Part shown: piece by piece, positions 21,933 through 30,182 of the stretch | How positions within the stretch are numbered: the stretch's first letter is position 1 | How the letters are laid out: each line of letters opens with the position of its first letter | Position numbers and translations under genes: made by a program | Notes under the pieces: generated by a model | What the model saw: only the letters and a program-made list of their open reading frames with translations | The model's database searches: none | What the model was told of the DNA's origin: nothing | NCBI GenBank assembly: GCA_003194425.1 | Contig: PQXB01000001.1 | Location: 280,444 to 312,443 of the forward strand | DNA length: 32,000 nt | Reading direction: 5' to 3' | Origin: Candidatus Methanophagaceae archaeon | GTDB taxonomy: Archaea > Halobacteriota > Syntropharchaeia > Alkanophagales > Methanospirareceae

Positions 21933-23417
21933 ATGATAACAGCAACAGAGGTCGTAGCAGGGGTAAAAAGCGGAAATATCTCGTGTGAGGAGTTAGTGTG
22001 GCGGATTTACGAGCGGATTGAGCGGAGCGAGTTAAACTGTTTTATCACGCTGAACAAAGCCGCTGCACTTGCAGAAGCACGAGAGGAGGACAAGCGAAGG
22101 AGGAAGAACGAGAGGGAGTACGAGAAGGAGAACGGGCGAAAGAAACTACTTGGCGTGCCCGTAGCGGTGAAAGACAGCATTTCAACGCAGGGAATTCAGA
22201 CCACCTGCGCGTCAAAAATTCTTACGGGCTACGTTCCGCCTTACGACGCTACGGTGGTGGAGGCGTTGAAGCGCGAGGGTGCGATAATTTTAGGAAAGAC
22301 AAATATGGACGAGTTCTGCATGGGAACTTCAACGGAGACGAGTTTTTACGGACCGACGAAGAACCCGCACGACCTCAGCAGAGTGCCAGGAGGCTCTTCA
22401 GGCGGCAGTGCCGCCGCGGTCTCGCCGGCAGCGGGCGAGGCTGTTCTTGCTCTCGGCTCTGACACTGGTGGCTCGATTCGCTGCCCCGCCTCGTTCTGCG
22501 GCGTCGTCGGGCTGAAGCCAACTTACGGGCTCGTCTCGCGCTACGGGCTAATTGCCTACGCAAACTCACTCGAGCAAATCGGACCGCTGGCGTCGAACGT
22601 GTCGGACGCCGCGCTGCTCCTTGAGGTGCTGGCGGTGAAGGACGAGCGGGACAGCACAAATTTTTCTTTAGAAAAGAAAAACAACAGGGAAAAGGAGGGG
22701 GTAAAGGGAATGAAAATCGGAGTTCCGAGGGAGTTTCTTGAGGGTGAAGGTGTCTCACCGGAGGTTAAGAAGGCGGTGTGGAACGCGGTGCAGCGGTTCG
22801 AGGAGTTGGGCGCCGAGTGCGAGGAGGTGAGCCTGCCGAACCTGAACCTGAAGCACGCACTCGCGGCGTACTACATAATCGCGGTCTCAGAGGCGTCCTC
22901 GAACCTTGCGAGGTTCGACGGGCTGCGTTACGGGCTTAGAACCGGGAAGGACGAGGACTGGCACACGACCTTCTCGCGGATTCGCGGCGAGGGGTTCGGC
23001 GAGGAAGTGAAGCGTCGGATTATTCTCGGCACTTACGCCCTCTCCGCAGGCTACTACGGGAAATATTACTTGAAGGCTTTGAAGGTGCGGACGCTGGTAA
23101 AGAACGAGTTTGAGGTGGCGTTGAAGCGGTACGACTTGTTAGCGACGCCGACGATGCCTTTTGTCGCGTTTCGGCTTGGCGAGCGGATAAAAGACCCGCT
23201 CTCGCTCTACCTCGCGGATGTTAACACGGTGCCTGTAAATTTGGCGGGCGTTCCTTCGCTCTCTCTCCCCTGCGAGTCTTCGGGTGCGGGTGCAGGTGTG
23301 GGTGCGGGTGCGGGTGCGGGGAAGTTGCCGATTGGTTTGCAGCTCGTTGGCGGGCATTTTGAGGAGTGGAAGATTTTGAGGGCGGGGTTGGCTTTTGAGC
23401 AGGCGACCACTCTTTAG
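21933..23417 (+). CDS. gatA: Asp/Glu-tRNA amidotransferase subunit A
   Basis: Amidase signature GGSSGGSAAAV...GSDTGGSIRCPASFCG plus GatA-like N- and C-termini. Contains a GAGAGVGAGAGAG insertion. Confidence 0.9.
   Translation: MITATEVVAGVKSGNISCEELVWRIYERIERSELNCFITLNKAAALAEAREEDKRRRKNEREYEKENGRKKLLGVPVAVKDSISTQGIQTTCASKILTGYVPPYDATVVEALKREGAIILGKTNMDEFCMGTSTETSFYGPTKNPHDLSRVPGGSSGGSAAAVSPAAGEAVLALGSDTGGSIRCPASFCGVVGLKPTYGLVSRYGLIAYANSLEQIGPLASNVSDAALLLEVLAVKDERDSTNFSLEKKNNREKEGVKGMKIGVPREFLEGEGVSPEVKKAVWNAVQRFEELGAECEEVSLPNLNLKHALAAYYIIAVSEASSNLARFDGLRYGLRTGKDEDWHTTFSRIRGEGFGEEVKRRIILGTYALSAGYYGKYYLKALKVRTLVKNEFEVALKRYDLLATPTMPFVAFRLGERIKDPLSLYLADVNTVPVNLAGVPSLSLPCESSGAGAGVGAGAGAGKLPIGLQLVGGHFEEWKILRAGLAFEQATTL
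23283..23321 (+). repeat. in-frame 6-nt repeat encoding GAGAGVGAGAGAG
   Basis: ggtgcg / ggtgca / ggtgtg units. Confidence 0.9.
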
Positions 23418-23466
23418 AAAAGACTTGCAAAAAAACCTTTATTTATCAAAATTCAATTTACCTTTC

Positions 23467-23756
23467 GGGGAGAGAGGAAGGGCAGCTGCCGGCCAACCTT
23501 TAAAAAAGCGTTTTTCTTGAAGGGCAGGCTGAGGAAAGTCCCCCCACCGAAAAAGCACGAACGTTGAGAGGGCGTAAGGCGAGAGTCTTGGCTCTGGGAT
23601 AGAAACGAACCGTGCCACACAAAAGCGATGATTCCGTGAGGAAGAGGTCGTGTGGTTCTGCGGATGGAACGACCAACCTCGTGGGTGCAAGCCTCAAGAG
23701 AAGGTGCAAAGATGAATGCTGCCGAAACAGAAGGGGGCTTACTCTCCTCACTCCCC
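23467..23756 (+). ncRNA. rnpB: RNase P RNA (archaeal type A)
   Basis: CR-I GAGGAAAGTCC at about 23533 and CR-V ACAGAAGGGGGCTTAC at about 23727. A P1 helix forms between GGGGAGAGAGGA (23467-23478) and TCCTCACTCCCC (23745-23756) with one A/A mismatch. No plausible protein frame; length about 290 nt. Confidence 0.85.
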
Positions 23757-23782
23757 AAACTTTTTGAAAAGTTTGATCAAAA

Positions 23783-23944
23783 CTAAAACTCCTCAAACTT
23801 TATCCTAACGCTTTTTTCTGAATTAAAATGCGAAGCCGTCTCTAAAATTGATAGATCATAAGTTCCAAAGCTGGCATTTAGAGTTGCCTCTTCTGTTTTT
23901 ATAGACAAACCTTCTCTAATAACTTCAAAGACCGAACCACTCAT
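23783..23944 (-). CDS. possible 53-aa small protein in an AT-rich spacer
   Basis: MSGSVFEVIREGLSIKTEEATLNASFGTYDLSILETASHFNSEKSVRIKFEEF. This is the only part of the long antisense ORF 23783..24874 that does not overlap nadX. No SD or family support. Confidence 0.25.
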   Translation of the reverse strand: MSGSVFEVIREGLSIKTEEATLNASFGTYDLSILETASHFNSEKSVRIKFEEF

Positions 23945-24008
23945 AAGAGCAAAAATAATCGGTGTTGCGAAGTTTTTCGTGGCAGCAGCGCAATTAAAAA
24001 TTAAAAAA

Positions 24009-24902
24009 ATGGCAGGAACAAAAAGAATAAGAGTAGGCGTAGTCGGCTGCGGTGCAATCGGGAGTGAAATCTGCAAGGCGATTGACGGCTCGAAATTGGA
24101 ATCAGAGTTGGAGTTGCGGTTTCTGGTAGACAACCACCCTGAGAGAATCGAGAGGCTCTGTGAAAGTCTGAAGAGGAAGCCTGAAATAATAAAATACGAC
24201 AGCACGGGGCTGGAGGAGATTTTAGAGGCGGTGGATTTGGTGGTCGAGTGTGCGTCGCAGGCTGCAGTTCGCGAGTTCGTGGTGCCGGCGTTGAGACAGG
24301 GTAAAGACGCAATGATTTTGAGCGTTGGTGCGCTGCTCTGCGAACCGGGTCTTTTTGAGGAGGTTGAAAGGCTGTCAGGGACAAAAGGGTGCAAGGTGTA
24401 CATTCCCTCGGGTGCAGTGGCGGGAGTAGACGGGCTGAAATCGGCTGCGGGTCTTGGTGACACTGGTGGTGGTGGCGACGGCGGGAGCGGGGTTCGGTCG
24501 GTGGAACTGACGACGAGGAAGCCGCCTCGGGGGTTTGAGGGGAACAAATATGTAAAGCAGCAGGGAATAAATTTGGCTTCGATAAAACAGGGGAAGCGGG
24601 CAGAGACGCTCTTCGAGGGCTCAGCGAGAGAAGCGGTTCGGCATTTTCCAGAGAATGTGAATGTGGCAGCGTCGCTGAGCCTTGCCGGTCTTGGTCCGGA
24701 GGCGACGCGGGTGCGGATTGTCGCGGACCCGTCTGCAGTGAGGAACGTGCACGAGGTTGAGGTGCTGGGAGAGTTTGGCAGGCTGTTTGTTCGGGTTGAG
24801 AATGTCCCGTCTCGAGCGAACCCGAAGACGAGTTTTTTGGCTGCTCTCTCCGCGATTGCAACACTGCGGGGCATTTTGTCTCCTCTGCGGGTCGGGACGT
24901 AG
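24009..24902 (+). CDS. nadX: L-aspartate dehydrogenase
   Basis: RVGVVGCGAIGSEI (Rossmann), IPSGAVAGVDGLKSA, FEGSAREAVRHFPENVNVAASLSLAG, and HEVEV.GEFG....VEN.PS..NPKTS. ATG 24009 was chosen over 23979. Contains a GDTGGGGDGGSG insertion. Confidence 0.85.
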   Translation: MAGTKRIRVGVVGCGAIGSEICKAIDGSKLESELELRFLVDNHPERIERLCESLKRKPEIIKYDSTGLEEILEAVDLVVECASQAAVREFVVPALRQGKDAMILSVGALLCEPGLFEEVERLSGTKGCKVYIPSGAVAGVDGLKSAAGLGDTGGGGDGGSGVRSVELTTRKPPRGFEGNKYVKQQGINLASIKQGKRAETLFEGSAREAVRHFPENVNVAASLSLAGLGPEATRVRIVADPSAVRNVHEVEVLGEFGRLFVRVENVPSRANPKTSFLAALSAIATLRGILSPLRVGT

Positions 24903-24967
24903 AACAGGTAGTCGTAACCTTCTCCGCCTGTGTGCTTGTGTTAAATCTGAGCAAACTGGAGACGCAA

Positions 24968-25003
24968 TAAAAAAAAACGTGGGTGGGTTTTTTTCTCCCA
25001 CCC
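24968..25003. terminator. bidirectional hairpin terminator between convergent genes
   Basis: gggtggg (24981-24987) pairs with cccaccc (24997-25003), with a T-rich loop. An A-run sits 5' on the + strand, so the - strand reads hairpin followed by a T-run. Confidence 0.55.
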
Positions 25004-25049
25004 GCCACACACTGTTCTTTCTTTTGGTTCTGTTAGTGCTGTGTTTGAC

Positions 25050-25466
25050 TCACTTCCAGAATCCGCAGCCACTTCCGCCCCAGCGTCCGCCGCGGACGCC
25101 CCAGTTGTCGCAGACCCCGTCGCCGTCCTCGTCCACAAATCCCGGGCAGTCCTGCCAGGAGAGGTTGTAGTTGGCGAACAACTGCTGTCTGAACTCCAGC
25201 GCTTCCTGTCTCTGCTTCTCTCTGAACTCCTGCAGCTCTTGAACCGCCTCTTCTCTCTGCTCCTCTGTTAACTGGTTCATCAAACACCAGCACCCCGAAG
25301 GCTGAGAAGGCGAGGCGCCGGGACCACCGGGACCACCGGGACCGCCGGGACCACCGGGACCGCCGGGACCACCGGGACCGCGGGCACTCACTACGCTGCC
25401 GACCGCTGTCGCTACCACTGCCAGAACAAATATTCCAGCAACCAATTTCGTCTTCTTTCTGTCCAT
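25050..25466 (-). CDS. secreted LTXXQ (CpxP/Spy-like) protein with a (GPG)7 tract and a Cys-rich acidic C-terminus
   Basis: Signal/anchor LVAGIFVLAVVATAVGSVVSA; GPGGPGGPGGPGGPGGPGGPG; LTEEQ followed by a helical E/Q/R-rich segment; C-terminus CPGFVDEDGDGVCDNWG...GCGFWK. Confidence 0.6.
   Translation of the reverse strand: MDRKKTKLVAGIFVLAVVATAVGSVVSARGPGGPGGPGGPGGPGGPGGPGASPSQPSGCWCLMNQLTEEQREEAVQELQEFREKQRQEALEFRQQLFANYNLSWQDCPGFVDEDGDGVCDNWGVRGGRWGGSGCGFWK
25317..25379 (-). repeat. in-frame 9-nt tandem repeat x7 encoding (GPG)7
   Basis: The + strand reads ccgggacca / ccgggaccg units. Confidence 0.95.
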
Positions 25467-25521
25467 TTTTCTGTGGGAGTAGGAAGGCTCTAATCCTCCT
25501 TAAGCCTTTCGTTTCGCCCGG

Positions 25522-25543
25522 ATTAGACCTAAATTAGACCTAA
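25522..25543. promoter_or_regulatory. 11-nt tandem duplication attagacctaa x2 upstream of the LTXXQ gene (candidate operator or promoter element)
   Basis: An exact tandem copy lies 56-77 nt upstream of start 25466, in the 115-nt gap inside the ArsR-led gene string. Its function is inferred from position only. Confidence 0.3.
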
Positions 25544-25581
25544 ATCACACCCAAATTTCTTCCAAATCTCACCCTCTCAAA

Positions 25582-25890
25582 TCATTCCCGACTTATGTAG
25601 AGCAGCACCAACAACGCCACAAACTCAAACAGATCCGGCAAGACCGCAAACAGCCCCAACGCGTACATCCGACGGTAACCGCAGGCGTACGGCAGAAACG
25701 GGTTTGAGGTGACCGCGTGCATAATTAGGAGAACAATGAACGCAATCAGCCCCAACGCGAACTTCGATTTTATCTGCCCGTAGCTCCTCGCGTAAATGAA
25801 AAGCAAGCACAACAGCAGAACAAGGTTTCCAAGCGTCACCACAGCCTTGAGATTTACGAGCCACAAGTCCTGCACAACCGCTGCCTGCAT
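25582..25890 (-). CDS. small 3-TM membrane protein
   Basis: 102 aa with three hydrophobic segments. The start lies 2 nt after the ArsR-family gene's stop. No family recognised. Confidence 0.6.
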   Translation of the reverse strand: MQAAVVQDLWLVNLKAVVTLGNLVLLLCLLFIYARSYGQIKSKFALGLIAFIVLLIMHAVTSNPFLPYACGYRRMYALGLFAVLPDLFEFVALLVLLYISRE

Positions 25891-25892
25891 TT

Positions 25893-26273
25893 TTATCCCC
25901 TTTTCCCTTTCGCTCCTTCTTTTATTTCCCCTTCACTTTTTTCACTCTTAACTTTAAACTTATTCCAAATTCTCTCCAAAAACTCCGCAAAGACTTCGTA
26001 CTCCGCTTCCGCGTAAGAAGACAAGAAATACACAGTGCCGTACCGCCTCTCCAACCTCTCCTGGCTGTCGCCTACGGAGTCAATTATTTTGTTCTCTTGC
26101 AGGATTTTGAGGTGGTGCCGCACGGTCTTGTAGTCCAGCCCCAGCAGCTCGGTCAGTTGGTTGGCGTTGTAGGGTCGCTCCTTCAGTGCTCGAATTATGC
26201 GAGCGCGGTTCGTTCCTCCTTTCGTGCCGACGAGCAGCCACCAAATCACTCGTTGCAGGGACATTCTCAACAA
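25893..26273 (-). CDS. ArsR-family winged-helix transcription regulator
   Basis: RARIIRALKERPYNANQLTELLGLDYKTVRHHLKILQENKIIDS is a typical ArsR/SmtB HTH. Confidence 0.8.
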   Translation of the reverse strand: MLRMSLQRVIWWLLVGTKGGTNRARIIRALKERPYNANQLTELLGLDYKTVRHHLKILQENKIIDSVGDSQERLERRYGTVYFLSSYAEAEYEVFAEFLERIWNKFKVKSEKSEGEIKEGAKGKRG

Positions 26274-26301
26274 TTTTAATAAGAACCGCCAAAGTTATTT
26301 T

Positions 26302-27114
26302 ATGAAAGCCGTAGAATTCTCGCCAGTCTCGGAGAGTCAAATTACGAGGGCGATCGTCTCGGAGTTTGCGATCGAATTTGAGGAGTACGCGGAGAGTGAG
26401 GTAGTCGTAGTTGGCGGCGGTCCGTCGGGTTTAATGGCAGCGAAAGAGCTGGCGACCCGCGGCGTGAAGGTGCTGCTCGTCGAGCGGAACAACTACTTGG
26501 GCGGAGGATTCTGGCTCGGCGGGTTTCTGATGAACAAACTCACGGTCAGGTCGCCTGCAGAGAGCGTCCTCGACGAACTCGGCGTGCCTTACAAGGAGTG
26601 GAGCGGGAAGCAGAGTAGAGGGAAGCAGAGGAGCGGGCTCTTCGTCGCGGACGCAGCGCACGCGTGCTCGAAGTTAATTGCTGCGACTTGCGACGCGGGT
26701 GCGAAAATATTAAATATGACGGCTCTGGACGATGTAGTTCTGCACGGCGGGAAGGTGAGCGGAGTAGTGGTGAATTGGACTGCGGTCTCGTCGTTGCCGC
26801 GGGAAATCGCTTGTGTTGATCCTGTTTCGCTTGAATCTCAGGTCGTGATTGACGCAACCGGGCACGACGCGGTGGTGGTCAGGAAATTGGAGGAGCGGGG
26901 GCTGGTAAAAACAGAAGGGCAGGGAGCGATGTGGGTCGAGCGGTCCGAGAATTTAGTGGTTGAGAAGACTTCGGAGTTCTTTCCGGGGCTCGTCGTTACC
27001 GGAATGGTGGTCTCCGCTGCTTACGGGCTTCCGAGAATGGGTCCTACTTTTGGCGCGATGCTCGTCTCGGGGCAGAAGGCGGCGGAGGTTGCGGCTGAGA
27101 AATTAAGGCTGTGA
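26302..27114 (+). CDS. thi4: thiazole synthase Thi4 (archaeal type)
   Basis: VVVVGGGPSGLMAAKELA, LVERNNYLGGG, VIDATGHDA and PGLVVTGM. ATG 26302 was chosen because ATG 26197 would overlap the divergent ArsR gene. Contains an SGKQSRGKQRSG insertion. Confidence 0.9.
   Translation: MKAVEFSPVSESQITRAIVSEFAIEFEEYAESEVVVVGGGPSGLMAAKELATRGVKVLLVERNNYLGGGFWLGGFLMNKLTVRSPAESVLDELGVPYKEWSGKQSRGKQRSGLFVADAAHACSKLIAATCDAGAKILNMTALDDVVLHGGKVSGVVVNWTAVSSLPREIACVDPVSLESQVVIDATGHDAVVVRKLEERGLVKTEGQGAMWVERSENLVVEKTSEFFPGLVVTGMVVSAAYGLPRMGPTFGAMLVSGQKAAEVAAEKLRL
26602..26637 (+). repeat. in-frame ~15-nt duplication encoding SGKQS RGKQR SG
   Basis: agcgggaagcagagt agagggaagcagagg agcggg. Confidence 0.8.
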
Positions 27115-27138
27115 AAGTTGTGAGAATATTGGGTCGCA

Positions 27139-28080
27139 ATGAACACCGCGATTTATCTGGTCAAAGCAGTAATTCTCATCACCGCAGGCGTTACGATTGC
27201 GAACCTCGTGCTCGAAAGCAGTCTGATGAGGCGGCTGTCGGTTCTAATAACGCCGTTTTGCCGTGCTTCCAACCTGCCGAAAGAATGCGTCTTCTCGCTT
27301 GTTGCAGCGTTTTTTAACCCCACCGCGGGCAAGTCGGCACTCGCGGGTTTTTACCGAAACGGAAGGATTAGCGAGACGGAGACGACGCTAACGGCGGTGA
27401 TGAGCACTTTTCCGATTGTCGTCGGCGAATCGCTGTTCAGGGTGCAGGCGCCAATCGCACTCGTACTTTTGGGTCCCTTCGTAGGCGGTATTTACATCTT
27501 CCTCAATCTCTTCTCCTCCTTTCTCCAGTCCTTCGCCGCCTTTCTCTACTCCAAATCCCACTTCCCTGCTCAACCCGAAGCCAAAAAAAAAGCCGAAATC
27601 GAAGCAGGAGCAGAAGCCGAAGTCGAACCCAAGAGCGAAAGAATGCGGAGGGCATTGAAAAAATCTTTTGGCTCGCTGAAAAAGGTAATTCCGATAACGG
27701 TGGTCGCTTTTTTAGTCGTAGACCTGCTCTTCAGGTCCGAAATCATAAACTACATCGGGCTTCTCTTCGACCCTGCTTTGAGAGTCCTGGGTCTGCCCGG
27801 CGAGAGCGTAACAGTGCTAATTGCGGATTTAGCACATTTCTCTGCGGGCTACGCCACTGTCGCTGCTCTGCTGGCTAACGGGGTGGTGACCGCGAAACAA
27901 GCCGTCTTGACGCTGCTTGTTGGCAGTCTCTTAATCATAACGCTAATTTATTTAAAATTCAGCCTCTCAATGTATATTTCGCTGTTTGGACGACTCGGCG
28001 TCAAGATAAGCGTCGTAAATTACCTCTCCAGTCTGCTTTCGAAAGTCGTCGTGATTCTTTTGGTTCTAATATTGATGTGA
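27139..28080 (+). CDS. polytopic membrane protein (possibly a nucleoside-recognition/Gate-domain type)
   Basis: Multiple TM segments with a central charged loop (AEIEAGAEAEVEPK). The family is suggested only by general resemblance. Confidence 0.55.
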   Translation: MNTAIYLVKAVILITAGVTIANLVLESSLMRRLSVLITPFCRASNLPKECVFSLVAAFFNPTAGKSALAGFYRNGRISETETTLTAVMSTFPIVVGESLFRVQAPIALVLLGPFVGGIYIFLNLFSSFLQSFAAFLYSKSHFPAQPEAKKKAEIEAGAEAEVEPKSERMRRALKKSFGSLKKVIPITVVAFLVVDLLFRSEIINYIGLLFDPALRVLGLPGESVTVLIADLAHFSAGYATVAALLANGVVTAKQAVLTLLVGSLLIITLIYLKFSLSMYISLFGRLGVKISVVNYLSSLLSKVVVILLVLILM

Positions 28081-28092
28081 TTTTAACGAATT

Positions 28093-28980
28093 ATGAGCGA
28101 GCGTCAGGAGCGTCGGGAGCGTCGGGAGCGTCGTCCAGTCGGAGAAGTGTGTGTGCTGAAAATCGGCGGTAGCGTGCTGACCGAGAAGGGCACGGCTGAT
28201 AAGGGCACGGAGAAGAGAGCCCGCAAGAGCGAGATAAAACGAATCGCTGAGGAAATCGCACTTGCACTCTCTTGCCACGAGCAGAGAGGAAAGGGTCTGG
28301 TTCTTGTGCACGGTGCGGGGTCGTACGGGCACCCGCAGGCGAAGCGGTATTTGGCGAGCCGCGACCCGAGAGACGCTTTAGTCACGCACGAGTCTGCGAA
28401 AGAACTGAACAGAATGGTTGTGGGTTCTTTGGTGCAGGCGGGGCTGAAAGCGGTCCCAATTCACCCTCTGAGCGGGGTCGTCTCGAAGAGGGGGGCAAAG
28501 GGGAGGGAACTAAAATATAAAATAAAAGAGCAGATAAAAATGGCGTTAAAAATGCGAATTATTCCCGTCCTGCACGGCGACATTATTTTTGACGAGGAGC
28601 AGGGGTTTCGGATTTTGAGCGGCGACCAGGTGGTAGTGTACGCAGCGAAAGAGGTGGCGAAGGAGTTCGGAGCGAGGGCGGTAAAGGTCGGCGTGGGCAG
28701 CGATGTCGACGGCGTTCTGAGTGGGGGAAGGGAAGGGGAAGGAGAAGTGGTGAGAGAGTTAACGCCTGCCGACGCGGAGAGGGAGAGGAAAAGAAAGAGC
28801 ATAAAAGGGTCGGGGCATTTGGATGTGACTGGGGGGATGAGAGAGAAGGTTCGTCTGTTGGCAAAACTCGCGGACGAGAGTAAGATTCCGTCTCTGCTTT
28901 TCAATGCCGCGAGAGAAAGGAATGTTTATAAATTTCTGACCGACGACGAGACCCTGCTCGGCACGGAAATAATTAAATAA
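28093..28980 (+). CDS. isopentenyl phosphate kinase
   Basis: Amino-acid-kinase fold motifs VLKIGGSVLTEKG and LVLVHGAGSYGHP (the IPK His motif), plus ILSGDQVV and DVTGGM. The N-terminus carries an (ERx)4 repeat. Confidence 0.85.
   Translation: MSERQERRERRERRPVGEVCVLKIGGSVLTEKGTADKGTEKRARKSEIKRIAEEIALALSCHEQRGKGLVLVHGAGSYGHPQAKRYLASRDPRDALVTHESAKELNRMVVGSLVQAGLKAVPIHPLSGVVSKRGAKGRELKYKIKEQIKMALKMRIIPVLHGDIIFDEEQGFRILSGDQVVVYAAKEVAKEFGARAVKVGVGSDVDGVLSGGREGEGEVVRELTPADAERERKRKSIKGSGHLDVTGGMREKVRLLAKLADESKIPSLLFNAARERNVYKFLTDDETLLGTEIIK
28099..28134 (+). repeat. in-frame 9-nt tandem repeat x4 encoding ERQ ERR ERR ERR
   Basis: gagcgtcag gagcgtcgg gagcgtcgg gagcgtcgt. Confidence 0.95.
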
Positions 28981-29001
28981 GAGTGACAAAAAAAGAATTC
29001 A

Positions 29002-29820
29002 ATGCGTAAATTCAAACTTAGATCTAGATTAAAGATTCCCGAAACACACCCCAGGTACGCGTCGTTAATGCGGCGGGAAAAACTCGTTGCAGGCGTAGAA
29101 GCAGGAATAACGAGCAGACAGGGCTTAATCGCACACGGACGGGGCGAGGCGTTTGACTACTTAATCGGCGAGCGGAGTTTGGACTCGGCGAGGAGAGCGA
29201 CGGAGGCTGCGGCGTCGTTGTTGCTTGCTGCGAAGAAGCCGGTGGTTTCTGTTAACGGGAATGTTGCGGCGCTGGCGGCTGCGGAGGTTGTAGAGCTGGG
29301 CGGGTTGTTGAACGCACCGTTGGAGGTGAACCTCTTTTACAGGACCGAGGAGAGAGTGAGGCGAATAAAAACGCTGTTAGAGAGGGAAGGGGCTGAAAGA
29401 GTGCTTGGTCTCAGAGCAGACGCGAGAATACCTGAAATCGAGCACGAGCGTGCGAAGACCGACCGCGAGGGGATTTACAGCGCGGACGTGGTTCTCGTCC
29501 CTCTGGAGGACGGAGACAGGTGCGAGGAACTTGTCAAGATGGGAAAGAAGGTCGTTGCGATCGACTTGAACCCTTTTTCGAGAACTTCCCAGCAGGCGAC
29601 GGTGAGCATCGTGGACGACCTGGAACGGGCGTTGAAAAATCTCATAAATCTCATCTCCGCGGTTAAAGAGCAGAAGAGGAGCGGGGAGAGTGCTGCGGAC
29701 CTGCTGGGTGCGGTGCTGCGAGGTTACGACAACAAAGCCAACCTGAGAGAAGCGGTTAAGGAAATCGTGAAGAGGCTGAAAGAAGATGCAGAAGGAGTAC
29801 AAGCAGTGCCTGGTTCTTAG
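29002..29820 (+). CDS. archaeal 4-phosphopantoate--beta-alanine ligase (phosphopantothenate synthetase, COG1701-type)
   Basis: IPETHPRYASLMRREKL....GLIAHGRGEAFDYLIGE matches my memory of this archaeal CoA-pathway family. Not verified by search. Confidence 0.7.
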   Translation: MRKFKLRSRLKIPETHPRYASLMRREKLVAGVEAGITSRQGLIAHGRGEAFDYLIGERSLDSARRATEAAASLLLAAKKPVVSVNGNVAALAAAEVVELGGLLNAPLEVNLFYRTEERVRRIKTLLEREGAERVLGLRADARIPEIEHERAKTDREGIYSADVVLVPLEDGDRCEELVKMGKKVVAIDLNPFSRTSQQATVSIVDDLERALKNLINLISAVKEQKRSGESAADLLGAVLRGYDNKANLREAVKEIVKRLKEDAEGVQAVPGS

Positions 29821-30136
29821 AGCGGATTTAAGGCTGTCAAAGGGAAAGACGGCGGTGCAAGCCGCTCACGCCTCGGTTCTGTCTTACAACCTTGCTACGA
29901 CTCGCGAGAGACGGAAGTGGAAGGAGCAGGGGCAGAAGAAGGTCGTGCTAAAGGTTAGCGGTCTTGAGGAGATTTACAGACTGCGGGACGAAGCCGTGCG
30001 GCTGGGGCTGCCGTCTGCTGTTGTAGAGGACGCGGGGCTGACCGAGGTCCCGCCGGGAACGGTGACTGCAGTTGGAATCGGTCCTGCGAGTGCCGAGGAA
30101 ATCGACAAGGTTACGAAGGATTTGGAGTTGCTGTGA
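29786..30136 (+). CDS. pth2: peptidyl-tRNA hydrolase, archaeal Pth2 type
   Basis: KQCLVLRADLRLSKGKTAVQAAHAS...VVLKV...AVVEDAGLTEVPPGTVTAVGIGP, a full-length Pth2 pattern of 116 aa. Confidence 0.9.
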   Translation: MQKEYKQCLVLRADLRLSKGKTAVQAAHASVLSYNLATTRERRKWKEQGQKKVVLKVSGLEEIYRLRDEAVRLGLPSAVVEDAGLTEVPPGTVTAVGIGPASAEEIDKVTKDLELL

Positions 30137-30143
30137 AATTCAT

Positions 30144-30182
30144 AAAAAATAAAAAAAGAGGGAGAAGAAAATTCACTCCCTC
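30144..30182 (-). terminator. hairpin plus T-run terminator for the surface-protein gene
   Basis: gagggag (30158-30164) pairs with ctccctc (30176-30182). On the minus strand the hairpin is followed by tttttttatttttt. The alternative-frame stop (30173-30175) sits in the loop. Confidence 0.5.

Noticed and set aside
23783-25010. Long minus-strand ORFs (363, 335 and 129 aa) overlapping the nadX region
   Set aside because: They are antisense to a gene with clear aspartate dehydrogenase motifs. Their products are low-complexity Pro/Ser/Arg-rich strings, which is a typical shadow-ORF artefact. Only the non-overlapping 3' 53 codons were kept, as a low-confidence feature.
25317-25379. Collagen-like triple-helix repeat (G-X-Y)
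   Set aside because: There are only seven GPG triplets, and the tract matches the window-wide slippage-repeat phenomenon. That is insufficient for a collagen-like domain call.
26197-26301. Upstream start for thi4 at 26197
   Set aside because: It would overlap the divergent ArsR-family gene by 77 nt. Thi4 homology begins after ATG 26302.
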